Shown here in pieces: positions 49,201 to 63,522 of a stretch of 64,000 bases of DNA (position 1 is its first letter; the number at the start of each line of letters is the position of its first letter). Below the pieces are notes generated by a model. That model had not been told where the DNA came from. It saw only the letters and a list, made by a program, of their open reading frames with translations, and did no database searches. The stretch is from Syncephalis fuscata S228 (taxonomy: Eukaryota > Fungi > Zoopagomycota): assembly GCA_025786725.1 (NCBI GenBank), contig JAHLTZ010000004.1:62001-126000 (forward strand). The letters run 5' to 3'. Position numbers and translations under genes: made by a program.

Positions 49201-49399
49201 TCTTAATGGTTTAAAACAGCTGCTTTCATTCCCTCTTAGCGCCAACTCTAGACGGGCCACTGATAAAAACACACGCACCCTCCGTCCCGCCGTATCTTTC
49301 ATCAATCAAATACTGACTACTCGCAATCTTAAAAGCTCCACTAAAAACGCCAATAATACATGGGATACAGAGTCGAGAAAACGCCTAGATACACTTTAA
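46283..49399 (+). CDS. DH-PH (RhoGEF-like) protein, paralog 2
   Basis: MPGFRYYLHYIQQY and SRICFLFNDLLVVAK...YFQTE...RRWI. Intron positions match paralog 1. Apparent frameshift at ~47678. Confidence 0.75.
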
Positions 49400-50700
49400 C
49401 TACTTGGTTACTTAAATTATTTCATAATGACCCATTTTACTTTTGTATTGTTATCTTTATTATTAAACCCTTAATGATCACATCCTATGATAGGTTAAAC
49501 TTTTTACTTAATAAATAGCATTTGCCACCATAACCGCATGGACCTCCTTTTATGTATCCCACATTGTGTGCCCATGACTAAAGTTGGCTTGGCTAGAGAG
49601 AGAGAGAGAGAGCACCGTCTAATAATCTCTATCTCCTACTTCTTGACAACTCAGTTCTTTTCCTCTTCTACTTCTTTTTACTACTCCCGGTGACAGTATC
49701 AACGATTTGCATCTAGCCTATGAAACTGTCTTATCCCGCGTTTCTCGTCACTGTTTCCCCTTATTTGAACAACCGCACACCGTAACAATCGACACTGCAA
49801 TAACACTGCAACAGCAATACAACAATAGTAATAGCCGCTACTCGTTATTGATCCATATAACACTTTAGTTTCACTTTCATTGTAACGTTTTGCTTGGCTG
49901 TCAAACCTTTCTTTCTTTCTTTCTTAGCATACGCTTTGTCTCTTGGCCTTTTTGCACCTTGGAATCTTTACTACATTGCGCTAGAATACCACTTTTCCAA
50001 GCACGACACTCACCACGCTTTATTTAAACAAGTCTTTTCTCTTTTTCTTTTTTAGTCAGTTTTGCACTTGGTTCAGCAGTCGACCCACGACTAGCATCAA
50101 GTAAGTAGTGTCAGGGATTTTCTTAACTTAATGATAGTTATGGTGATACAAAATCAACTGATGGTCACGCTATTATAACATGTGAATCTGTAATAGCAAT
50201 GGCCGTACATGTGTGTGTACATGTGTGTGTGTGTGTGTTTGTTTGTGTGTCTGTATAGGCGTGCAGGTCTTTATAATTAGTGCTACAATAATAGTGGCCA
50301 TCCTTGTAAATGAAATACTTGCTCTATCGCCGACTTGGGCTTGTCCTGTCTCCTTATTGGTACCACAGCCACTACTATTGCTTCTACTATTAGCTAGCAC
50401 TATTCATTCTCTTTCATCTTTCTATTTTATTTGTTGTCATTAGTAGTGAAGTAAATTAATAAGCAGATTCTATTTAACGCGTCATCTGTTTTATCTGTTT
50501 ACACGTGGTTCATTTGTGTGTGTATGTGTATGTATGTGTATGTGTGTGTATGTATGTATGCGTATAGAATATTTACTAGAGATGAACTACACTCGCCTCT
50601 TACTTGTTGAGCGTGACAGTGCCATTGTCGCCAATAAACCGGTTAAAATCACTATAATGCCATGCTAATACAACTTCTTTATTTTTCCTCTAGTCATTGG

Positions 50701-53700
50701 ATGGTCTGCGGCATGATTTCTTCGCGGTATACTAAACATGGTTCACTCATCCGGCGCTGTTACCCGGCCATTGCTACCGAGACTAAAGCTCGGTCGAACG
50801 AGCTCTCCTACTTGACGTTCTATGCCTCGTCACGGCCACAGAAACTTACTAAAGTCGGCTCCTTTTTGGAACGTCGAGTAAAAAGCGCCGTATGGAACGG
50901 TCGTGACGCGTAAGTCGCTGATTCAATAAGTATAAACATCGACTAACTGTAACATAATTACAACAATAATTACAATTACATATTACTATGTGTATTAATC
51001 ATATTAATCATATTAATCATTTTATGTTAAATGGATTGGTAGAGAAAATCTTGTATCGCTTGAAATCCTCGATGCATTAGTACGCACCTGTCATAAAGAC
51101 TTGAATCTTTTCTGCAAGCATACTGTTACCATTATTCTAGACATTTTACAAACCAATAAACCTGAATTAGTAGAACGTGCTGCAACCTCGGTAGGTTTGT
51201 CAGGCCGTAAAAAGATGCGCCTGAATACTTTGTATATAACAAGTGGCTAATAGTTGGCTAGTTTGTCTTTTTCTGCGAGAATCACACAGGTGGTGCATTA
51301 GGTGTTGATGTGGAATTTACAGAACTGTATGTAAAATTGGTCGAGCACATGGCCAACATGGCTCAGAATCAAGATGCAGAATTAGCGTAAGTACATTTAA
51401 TATAGCTGCTTAATAACAATAACGCCTCTTTACATTAGTACCCGAGTCATTGGATTAAAGGCCCTTCGAGGAGTTATTACTTCACCGGCTCTACGGGCCA
51501 CCGATGCCAAGATGTATCTGCATCGCATTATACCGGCACTGCTCTATAATATCTCAGATCCCACGGTCGATGTTGTTGATCGTCGAGCGTAAGTTATTGA
51601 CTATTTTAAAGCAAAGCTTAATGTTTAATGAAGTGCCGATAGTTCGGATACGTCAAATCGCTACTCTATGCGTATTGATAACGTTGATATGAATGAAGTG
51701 AATCTGCTTAGTCTTCAATGTCTACGCGATCTGCTTCGTGAGTCCAGTGCACTACACGTTAAGGTGACCGTGTCCACTGTATTCAGGTAAATGGTTTGAC
51801 TCATAGTCATAGAACAGATTAACTCACTATAATCATTAGATATTTGGATGAACATCAAATCTGGCCTAAATGCGACTACATTGTAGCACTGCTTAATATT
51901 ATTATGGATGCAACTCAGGTAATTATTATTATTATTAACATTTATACATCGAATTGGATAGTCTAATGTCAATGATTCATCTATCTAGGCTCAAAACCGA
52001 TTCGTCTGTTTATCGGAGATTTTACGCCAATTGGATGGCTGTTCAACTGAACAAGTTACCAAGAAAGTGACACTGGCCAAGACATTAAGTTCACTCTTGA
52101 ATCAAGATCGTACATTTGTTGGTGTCTCAGTGTTGGAGCTACTTAATTCGCTGGTGCATAATGTTGTCGTGTCACTAGCCCATCAAAATGGCGACGATTC
52201 AGAAGATTTGAATAGCTGTGTGGCACAGGAACTAACACGCTGTATTGGTAAGCTATCTAATAAGTGCAACGCCATTTACCTAATCTATCTACTTAGGCGG
52301 TCTATCTAACCATAGCTATTATGCCAGTCAAACCAGCGATGTTATGAACTTTTTGGTCAATAAACTGCGTATTGGCAGTACAGAAGCATCAACGGACGGT
52401 GTTGATACAGGCACTATGCGTACACATCTACTGCAGATTATGCGCAACGTAATCGAGAATAGCCGGCGTGGTGAGCGTAATGGTCAATATGCGCAACGTG
52501 TCCCTATTCCCCTAGAGATTATTACGCCAACACTTGTACTACTTAATGATAAAGATCCAGGTAAGACATATTAATAGATAGCTATACTATACTCAATGCT
52601 CAATAGGACTTCGATTTGAATATATGCGATTCATGTCATCGCTTATGGACGATGGTGCCACACTGATGTAAGTAACATCAAATGTTATAATAATAACAAT
52701 AACAATAACGATTATGGTCTATTAGATCTGAGAGTAAAGCTATGCATCATGCACGCAAGGTAATTATTAATATGTAATAGACTATTAACACTTGATAACA
52801 CGTGTAATAGTTGACACAACATGTAACAAGTATGCATTTGACCTTCCGATTTGAATTACTACGGGCTATTTTCCAATGTATTCATCGAGAAGATTCATTA
52901 CCGACCGACTTTTTGATTGTCTTTAGTCTGCTTAAACAAATGCTTACTCGATTCTCGGAAGGAGAGTTAATTCGTACAGTGCCTATGCTGCTAACACTAT
53001 TGGTAAGTTTCTATATATATATATATAAAAATATAAATACATGTATATACTTACTAATAACTATGTATTAATAGAGAATGTACGTCATAGAGAATACATT
53101 GGATATGTCACGACGTGTTGCTATGCACACCATGATTGTTCAATACTTTATGGCTGTTGATGCACTACTTACTTTCCCGACTATTAAGGAGCATATGGAT
53201 AAGGTAGGATATACTAGCTATTACTAATCCATCAATACTTATAGATTATGATATCTAGATTAAACAAGAGAATGAGTCTAGTGGCACCTGGGCTACTTGG
53301 TGGCCAGAGACATTAGATTTGGATACAGTGACCAATCTTCAATTCAAGTAAGACATTATTAAATGGTATTTACTAATCATTTACTTACACTTTTTAATAA
53401 TAGTGACATTGCTGATGGTGCTACTATTAGTTATCTTGCTCAATCACTTGTAGTTGATGAATTGAGTCGCGATTCACGTCTTCAACTGCAATACTCTGAT
53501 CTTACGGCATCATTAAGCGAGGATTTCACTGCAATGAAACCACCCAAAAGTAAGTGGCACTTTAATACGATAGTAATTATACTAATTAGATGATTAGATG
53601 AAGACGAGGATCTATTTGCTATTCGATCTTCACGTAATATGGATGCTTTCAAACCTCGACTTGCCTACCGACATACACATTCACTAGAGGTAACTCGTTG

Positions 53701-54210
53701 TTGTTACAATAATATTAGTGAACTAATCCAATTTACTAATATTTTATTTAGGATTTGGCTGAAAAAGAAGTGCCCACTATTCGTGTAGAGAATCTACGTG
53801 AAGCACTAGGTATGTGTAGTTCAACATTTTTATTATACTAGAAATGGATTAATTAATTAATTAATTGTATTTAAATAGCAATTGCTCAGCCTACTTCAGA
53901 GCCTAGTGAATTGAGTGTTGATGATTCCGATTCACACTCCATTGTTATGATGTCCACCTCTGGTAAACGTGATCGTGTAAGTAGTAAAGCAATAAAGCAT
54001 GTCAAAATAGATATTGATCGATATGATAGACGAATAACAAGGATGTCGATAATATTCTTAAAGCAATTGGCGGTAATCCACGTGCAGCAAAGTAAGTAGT
54101 TATTAGTATTATATTAATATTATCTACAAATAGATACTAATCTATTAATTGTTTAATAATTACTACTATTTATTAGGAGCAATGTTTCATTGGTACACGC
54201 ACCCATTTAA
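50701..54210 (+). CDS. EFR3: EFR3 (plasma-membrane PI4-kinase scaffold), many exons
   Basis: KHGSLIRRCYP...SNELSYLTFYASSRPQKLTKVGSFLE and an N-terminal Cys. Exact ends are approximate. Confidence 0.88.
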
Positions 54211-54366
54211 TTAACCTAATCATTGATTTACCCACTATTACTAATATATAATATAATACACCACTTATAATATCAATTTATTCTCAATTTACATGTCTTT
54301 AGTGTATCATATCCTATGCATTGTACCATTCATGTCCATACACAAATATATCTAGAATGGTGGCAT

Positions 54367-55124
54367 TTAAACAGCTGTAGCTAGACATTGATTTACTACT
54401 TCAAGCAAATGCATATTCTCCAAGGCAGCTGCAACACGTTCCTTGTCATTTAACTGCTTGTTGACTATGTATTATTTGTTAATCAATGGCTCATATAATC
54501 TACTCTACTCTATTCTACTCTATTCTACTTACCAGCTTGTTCGGACTGATGTGTTCCTTTGCGTACATTAATATCCACCTAGTCATAGTAACTATAAGTA
54601 TTCATTGATGCTATAGATACTAACAACAATCATCACCAAGTCTCCTTGTCTTTTATGCTCTCTTTCTCTCTCTTTCTCTATACATATATATAGATATCTC
54701 CTTACCTTGAATCGCTCCGGCAGACTGCGCAATAAACGTACACGTACGCATAGACCAATCAATGTTGCCATAGAGCAGTGGGGAATAGTAGGTGTAAACT
54801 CAATACTAACATGATTGCCGTCATTATTTACGGTGATGTGTTCAAGCTGTAGTACATTGAGTTGTTCAAGCGTCATTGGATGTTCAGGATCGGATATCGC
54901 TCGAATAAGATCTATTTAGCGATGGCGACCGCGTAAAAGGAGATTAGTCAAGGGTGACCATAGATACGTATATCTCTACACGCCTACTTACCAAATACTT
55001 CTTCAGCATCAATAGGATCGAGTACTGATTCATCCTGTTCAGCAGCCAATTGCTCAGGTGCTCGAGACACCTGGCGTCTAACGTCGTACACGATAGGATT
55101 CGCGTTGATAAGACCAGTCGACAT
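54367..55124 (-). CDS. CIA2: Cytosolic Fe-S assembly component CIA2 (MIP18/FAM96B)
   Basis: [35 protein letters not shown] and [16 protein letters not shown]. Confidence 0.95.
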
Positions 55125-55472
55125 GACAATAACGAGAAAGAAAAAGAAAAACACCTATCTGATACACAGATGGGAAAATACTAATTCAAATAAAACAGCT
55201 AATTAATTAATCCATTATAATTTAACTGTAATCATTTTGAATCAATAGTTATTAATAGTATGGGAGTATTAAACAGCTCAGTCAACGTAAAATTCGATTA
55301 AAGTCCATGGTATAATAAATACATACATAGTAAAAAAACATAACATCGGAGGATAGCGGAAAATGTAATAAAATCCTTATTGATTTATTTCATTCACTTT
55401 CAGTTCTACAATTATTGCTAAATAAACAATAGTCGAACAAATAGATGAACGCATATGCATGAAAGTCTACCA

Positions 55473-56141
55473 TTACACACCAGCGACGATTGCCATGACC
55501 GTAACAGCTGAGGCGACAATGCCGTAGCTGATTGTCTCGAAACCTACGCCAAACATGCGAATGGCAGCATCGTCAAAGGTAGGATTAACTGAAGGCGATG
55601 GCGTTGAAGTGCTGGTAGTGTTGGCGTCCGTTGTCGTGTTGGTTCCGTTCTTTGCGAGTTGTGGGTCAGTTGCCGCACAGTAGAATTGTTTACGACACTG
55701 TTCAACACAATCATCTGAGTTTTTGCAGTTTTGTATACACTGCGTCTGGTCACGCTGGCAAATGAAGAAAGGAATCGTTTGCGCATAAGTTGTACCATTG
55801 GGCTGGAAACCATTGTCGCAAACGCAGCTCCAGTTGAGATTGGTATTGTCGCAGCTGTTACTTTTCGTGCCTGCATTCTTATCTCTACAAATGTTGGTGC
55901 AAGAGCTTTTTTGCACTAAGCACCAGTATTGACGGTCTTTAGTACTCACGGTACTGGCTAAAAGTAGAATAACAAATAGATATAATTAGTTAAAGCACAG
56001 TATTATTTACCAGGCCCAATCGTGATTGGTGCATAGTCTAGCTATCGACTTACGATCTAGAGCGTCAGTAACAACATTGAATGAAACTAGGCTGGCGAGC
56101 ACAGCCAAGGAGATGGTGGTGGAAGACAAGGTCCACTTCAT
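55473..56141 (-). CDS. Secreted, probably GPI-anchored Cys-rich cell-surface protein
   Basis: Signal peptide exon (MKWTLSS...), a 10-Cys domain (WC..Q..SC..IC...C....L.WSC.C), a T/S-rich stalk and a hydrophobic C-terminus. Confidence 0.8.
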
Positions 56142-59100
56142 GATGAATACTTTGATTGAACAAAAGTAGCTATTAGAAAGAAAGTAGCAGCGATGGGTTC
56201 GTGCGGGTACGAGCAGCAAAGGCAATGCTATATAGTATAGGTAGGTGTATATATATAGATAGATAAAGAAAGCGCGGCGGCTTGTACGCTGTAATAGTAA
56301 TACTAGTGAATGTTAAAAAAAGAAGGGGAGAAGCGGCAGAAGAGAAGGGCGTGAAATGGCCACAGATAATAATAGAACAGTGATAGTGACCACCCAATGT
56401 AACAGTAAAAGGCAGAAAAAAGAGAGAGAAACACACGGCAGGCATCAACAACGAATGCAGCCACGGCCAATGAGCGTGACAGCAGCGGAGTTCGTATAAG
56501 GAGGGTGAATTTGGCAGGATAAACTATAGTGAAGGATACACGTGGATGCATTCACAATGATTATCATAGTGAGGAAAAGTACGAAATGGCCGCATCCAAT
56601 GGATATGGTGGAAATTCTGCAAAGAATTCGGATATTGATGGCGATTGGTGGCCTGTCAAGATTTTCGACTAAAGCAGATGAAACGATGGAAGGCAGGCGT
56701 ATTGCGACTATGGCTCTGTAGCATTGACACCGTGTACAATTCACGACTCTTCTACATGTCAAAGCACTACAATTACCTTTAATAAATAGCTAGTTAGTTG
56801 GATCCATGTGGCATTTTACTAGTTAGATGCGTGTTAAATAAATGAATCGATTAATTGATCGGCGGTAGTTATTCAGTAGTCATAACTGCTTTGATTAAGA
56901 TCTAATCTAATAGAAGCTATACCTTTTTATATTTGCTGCACTCGTTCAGTAATTATAGATCAATTTAATTAAACAATTGATTAATCCATAGAAATTAAGT
57001 GTTTATAACTAGCATTGTTGGTTAGTTCATAGCGTGCAAGGTTACTGCATCGAATCGACATACTGGTTGTGATATGCCGTACATGGCCTAATAATACCGA
57101 TTTTACGTACGATAGACGTGCTTCGTTGTTGTTAGCAGAGCCAGATGCCCTGGCCATTGCCGCACTGCCATTGGTGTGCTCCGTAATTGGCCCATTGATT
57201 ATGACGACACATTCATCTGATGAGCTCAGCTGATAATAGTAACCGTAGCAATAATGGCCCTAGTAGCAATGGCCCTCGGGAATAACCAGTATTGTGGTCA
57301 TTGGTAGAAACGAATGATTACTGCTTAATACATCGTTTTAACTAGAGTGTACAATGTATATGTTTATCAGCTGAACAAAACAATACGACTGGTCTTTTCA
57401 AGTCTATCTTTTTTAATCTGTACTGCTTTCTACTTTTCTCTTTATTCATTGCGCGTACTCAGGTCATCTCGCTACATCACTCGAGTCTTTTCACTTTGTT
57501 TGTCGTTCAACGGCATGACATGACGTGTTTGTTTTGTGTTTAGCTCGTCGTCTTTAGTTGCCTTGTTTGCAACTAATATTGACCATCGTGTTTATATATT
57601 ATATATACAGCTACATCTATCGTTCAATTTCATTTCTGTTAGTTGTTTATATACTGGTTAAAAGACCTTTTATTACGCTTCTACGCAAAACATAGCCCAT
57701 TTCTTCTTCACTTTCTTTAACAATAACAACTATATTGTGCGGCATATGCCATTCCAATCCTAACTGTGGTCCATTTCCTTATCTTCACCACCATCACTGC
57801 TTATAAGTACTTTGCTATTCTTTCAACTATTAGTTGACAACCTCTATCTGTGTCTTAAACCTCTTTTTTTGTTTGCTTCTCCGCGGTCTGATTGCTTGAT
57901 ATCACCTAGTTTTACTATTTGCAACTATATTCCGCTTTTATACATTTAAATCAAAATTATCCAGACAACACTAGTTTATTTCTTTTTTATTATTTAGATA
58001 GTTGCAGCCTGTACTTGCCTGCTACTCTTTTTATTTGGTAAGTTAGCGCTGATTTATTTGTCATTATATTGGATGGTATGGGCCATCATCATCATTGATG
58101 CCTGTGAATAGTCAATTAGACCTTTGTCAACTCTGTAACCTTAATTATTGATCAATATTCCGCTAATTGAACACCGATATGATAACAATCTATATCGTAC
58201 ATTGAGTATTTTCCTTGTATTTAATCGATTACAGTCTATCTTTACTATCTCCTAGTTACCGGTGTGATTTGATGTTGTCTTTTATTTAAAAAGGGTTTTT
58301 TCACATGCCATTAATTCGTTGCTGTGCTTGCATTTGCTTATTTGTTTACTATTATCGCCATACAACTGCTGCAAATAGCTCAGTTGGTTGCCTTGTAAGT
58401 GAACAGACGATTAGCATTACTGCCTAGATGCTATATCCCCTTTACTACCGCCCCTTCCACTCTCCTTTGAGCAAAGTTATTGATTGAAGTGTACATTTTT
58501 CATAATAGCAACCATTGAGCCAGTAATAGTACTATTATTACACTAGTATATTACTAGAATTGTTACTATTAACACTACACTACATTAATAGCAATAGTAA
58601 CATTATTGCTGTTGCATTAAGAACTATGCATATTTTATTAATTGGAATGTAGTGATACACATACACACAAGTGTGACCGCATCCATAATTAATTACTTAT
58701 GTGCTACTGCTGCCATTATTGTTATTATTACGCTTAATATGGCTGCTGCTATATGATTGCTATCAACACTTGATTTTTTCTTTCAGCCGGTTCATTTGTA
58801 TTAGCAGCTGCACGTGTACACAAGCAGCTATTACTCCGTAAGGCGTCTCCTAGAAAACATTCGCGGAGCTATTTGGCTTGTTACTACTACTACTACTGCT
58901 GCTACTGCTGCTACTATCACTATCGCTGTTGTTGTCGCCGTCACTACTGCACCACTTCTACTTCTACTACACCGTTTTATTACTTATTGTTTTAGCCTCC
59001 GCTTTTTCTTTTTCATCTATCTGCAGCAGCGCTTGGCCTTTTCAGTCTTATACCTCAACCTTTTCTCCATCTATACGCTTACTCTATACTAGCATCTTCA

Positions 59101-59536
59101 TCAATCGACTGTTTGGTGCACTTTGGTGGCCGTTTGCTACTCCAACCAATTGGTGGGCCTAAGTTGATGCTTCACCTCTACTCCCTATATTATCGGTCTT
59201 TGTACGTCTAGATTGCTACGTGTTAGTGGTGATTGTTGATTCGTTCAGTTTAGTGGAATCAAGTTGACTGCATAGTCGCTTGCAGCTATCTGGCTACAAC
59301 GGACAGTCTATTCATTGGCGTGTGTTTGTGTGTAGCCTCATCTTTTCATACAGGTGGCGCTAATAGCCTATTTTACATCTACCACGTTCGCTTGACTGCT
59401 TCCTTTTCTTACACGGCTATATAGCAATAGTGGAGATTTCGACAGAGTGGTCAGCTGACGGTAGTCTAACTTTTGTATACGTGTGGCCTACATCATTATA
59501 GCATTTTATCTTTAGTTTATCGTCTATCTTGCTACC

Positions 59537-62318
59537 ATGGTTAAAGGCACAAACATAGGCAGCAGCGGTGCCAGCGGTGTCTCTAGCACTGCCAGTAGTC
59601 ACCATCACACGAGCAATAGCAACAATAACCACCACCACCACAACAGCAGTAACAACAACTATGCAGGCAATATCCATTATGCGCAGAATGGTGTAGCAGG
59701 TCTCGCTAGCATATCAGGTTTGATGTCTGCCAACAATTTTACTGGGCATCGTCGTGCCGGTAGTAGCGGTGGCAGTAGTATAGGTAACGGTGGCAACGGT
59801 GGCAGTGCAATGCTAGATGCAGCACTTGTGGCTCGAAGAAAACCACGGGTCACAGTAGCAGCTCAAATGGAATATCGTGCACGTCCCAATAGTGTGAACA
59901 ATGCACCGCCACCAGTGTCACAGCCTTCTTCAAACCCATTGGCAGCACGGCCTACATCGGTTACAATGGGTAATCCATCAATGCCAAATGGATTAAATGG
60001 TAGTATGCATCGATATGATATGCATCGTCGTACACCATCAGCACCGCGAGTACAAGGCAGTCTACATCCACAGTCACCGCAATCGCCACGGGTTTCGTCA
60101 AGTTATTTTGCTCCGCATTCACCTACACATTCACCACGATCTGGATCACCCTGTTCACCTGAGTTTATGGTTAATGGTGCTCGTTTGGCAGCAGGCAGCA
60201 TTTATCTAGGAGGTGATGGGTCCGAAATTGACTACGACGGCGATAGAAGCGCCGTCAGTGGTGCTGATATGCTATCGAACCAATTTCGCCATGTAAGAAC
60301 CGGATCGGCTGATGGACTATTCACCCGCACTGTTAAACCAAGTGGAGCACGTGTATCGCGCGGTAATATCATTGAAATTGGCGCATTAGCTTCGAATGCA
60401 ACAGGAAATGTATTTGATCATTATGAATCGGATATTCATGATGAAGTCGACGACAATGAAAATAGCGATGACAATGGAACAGAGGAATCGGATCAAGAAG
60501 ATCTATCTGGAACAGAAGAGAACGACTCTAATGACGATGTAGACGACGTGGATAGCGATCTGGATATCAGTCAAAGGCATACAAATGATATGCAGCAAGA
60601 TTCGCCTCAAAATCGCGCTCGACAAATGCTACAAGGACCATTTTCACGTCCACGTGCCTTTTCAGAAACTGGAAGACAGTCAGATTCAGGCGAGTCGGAG
60701 ATCAGTAATAATACACGACTATCAGCTCGTACCGACATTCCATTGGGTCGTAGTCAGCATTATCCACAGTACAACTTTAATCAGCGGCAAATATCACCGC
60801 CACAGCTACGTTCACAAATTCGAACTCGGCCAAAAAGTATGATTGTTTCAAATAGCAATGCATCCGATGCTTTAATGTCAACTGCAGCAGATGATTTTGA
60901 ATCTGGATCAGCATCGAATGAAGTACTTGAAGCACGAACTACTCGCAAGGTAAATACTGCAATAACTACAGTAAATAAACAATGCTAACATTGACTAGGT
61001 GCTTGATATGGAAATGGCCAATAATCTTTTACAAGAGATTAATAAAACATTGGAACAAGATCTACGTAAAAAGACGGCCGAAGTAGAAGATTTAAAACGT
61101 AAAATGCGCCGGTTAGTACAATAACTATATACTACAATGCATTATTAATATTTGACTGTTTATTAGAGCTAATTTTGAAGACATATTTGGTATTAAAGCT
61201 GGCGAAGAAGGAGAGTCATCGGGTGGCGAGTCGACGTCTGTGCCACTTGAAGGTCTTACGGAAGACGACGTCAACGAAGATGTCCCATTTCAACGGGTAT
61301 GCGCTCTAGTGGAAATTATGCGACGAGAAGCCGTGGCGGCTATCGAGCATATTGCCATTCTACCTGGTGGTCGTGTATTAACTGCTGAGGAACTAGGTGG
61401 GTAGCATTTATTGCAATTTAATAACTATAAACTTATTTGAGCTATACGTATACAGAGGACCCATCTATGGACCAAGTAGAAGCATCACAACTAGGAGCAT
61501 CACGGAGTACAGATAATATTAATGACATGCTAGATCCTACTGAGTCAATGCCGTCTAACTATTCACAATCCACCTCTCCTATGTTGGACCAGTCTACCAC
61601 TCTTAGTACACCTGCCAATAACACTGCCAATCTAGGTCGTATTCGCGATCTAATCAACACACTTGCCCACCGAGCTGTACTCAATATTCAAGATCAGCCT
61701 TCTAGCAACTCTGGGCTATCTTTGTCGGTTCCTGATAACGGCAAACTACTTACAGCGCAGTCTATGCTATCTGGCTCACAGCAAAGTGAAGGCGATGTAA
61801 CTACTATTGTGAGCGAGCTTGAAACACTTTTATTTAACATGACTGCCAGCAATTCAAATAGCAGCGCAAATAACAACAACAGTGAGCACCGTACTACAGC
61901 TACAACACGCAAATCATCTAAAACAGATACTACAACGTCTACGCGATCTAGTACTGGTTCACCACCATCTACTCGTGCAACAACAACAACAACAACATCT
62001 TCACGTACGCCCAATGCTTCTGAAATGCGACGCGGACAAAGTAGCAACCAAACTACAAGTAGCCGAACTACAGAGACAAAACGTCTCTCTGCAGGCAACA
62101 CACTTACCCGTGGATCTAGTATGCGTAACTCATCCTCTACCGCCAATGTATCATCAACACCAGTTTCCCCAACAAATACAAATACAACAACAGGAACAGG
62201 AACGACGTCAGGCTCGGGAACACGCCGTACACCCATCGCGTCAAGAACACGGCCTACTGCTGCTGCATCCGCCGCAAATCGTGTCCCTCCTATGTCGTCG
62301 ACTGCTCGTGCAAAATAA
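59537..62318 (+). CDS. Uncharacterised low-complexity protein with a central coiled coil
   Basis: Four exons joined by short GT-AG introns; coiled coil EARTTRKVLDMEMANNLLQEINKTLE...EVEDLKRK. Confidence 0.7.
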
Positions 62319-62522
62319 GTCACTAAACTTTGTGCCTACATTGCTTCATTTATAAACCAATATTTGTAATTTATGGCAACATAAACTTTTATTACAAAAA
62401 GGTCTGCCATTGTACTGCTATGTAACCATGCTTATACACCAGTCTTTATTTTATCGTAAATAAGATCGAATTAACCTGTAATTTTAATTGATGAATGTTT
62501 ATTTTATTGAATATCAAAGCAG

Positions 62523-63522
62523 TTACGATTGTCCAGCCTCCATGGGTTGAATGGCCACTTTCTCGCTTGTATTGGCGAGATAGCCACGATGTTCAAGATT
62601 AGAGTACCATTCTATGCAATAAAGTTAGCTATGTTGCATCATGAATATGCTACCAATTGTATCCACTTACCAACATCACGTTTCTTAGTAGGAAGTGCTT
62701 GTTTGGGCAATTTAATAAATTTCTCTGGATGTAATAAAGCACGAAGACCAAGCGAGTTGTGATAGACACAGCAAATACGGCCACCAATGGCTTCAATGGC
62801 TTTAATTGCTTCACTAGAAGCACGCGACACTTCAATATTCACTGGAGTACGTAATTGCTCTGATCCCTATACATCTAATATAAATGCTTGCTATCTACCA
62901 TTAAACTGCTCAACTACTTACCCGAGCAAGTAGTTGTACGCCATCGGCATTGATATTAACACAACCACTATCGTTTAGCTGCTTCATAGTAATTGTAGCA
63001 CGAGCATCCAAGCGACCAAGATCTATCCATTTTTGCAACTTGTCAAGATTAAGTACGTTGAATTCCTTAGCATGACTAATCAGAAGTTAGAAATACTATT
63101 TATATGTGTAGTGTTAAGGTTACTGCATCTACATACACATTGGTAAAGCCGCGTTTGGGAAACTTTTTTGTAATCGGCGTTTGGCCACCTTCAAAATTTA
63201 GTCGTGGCTTGCCATTGCCCGAACGTGCCTTTTGGCCCTTTTGACCACGACCGCACGTCTTTCCCTTGCCTGAACTACTACCGCGACCAACGCGCTTTAC
63301 CTAAAAGAAAAGAAAAAGACAAAAATAGATTTATAAGTGTTATGATTGCCGTAGATCAATATGCAAAATAATTACCCGTTTAACGGCGCCTGGATTATCG
63401 GCCAATGTATTTAGTGCAATCTTTGTCACTGGCCGAACTGTTGCATAGGATCGTATGCCTAGCACGGCAGGACGTGCTGCAACACCTTTTACGGCGGCAG
63501 CTAAACCCCACAGACAATTCAT
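62523..63522 (-). CDS. MRPL15: Mitochondrial ribosomal protein uL15m
   Basis: [53 protein letters not shown] and RGYL. Confidence 0.93.

Noticed and set aside
57210-57320. CTGATGAG...GAAAC resembling a hammerhead ribozyme core
   Set aside because: No convincing stem II closing pair, stem III or cleavage triplet could be built.
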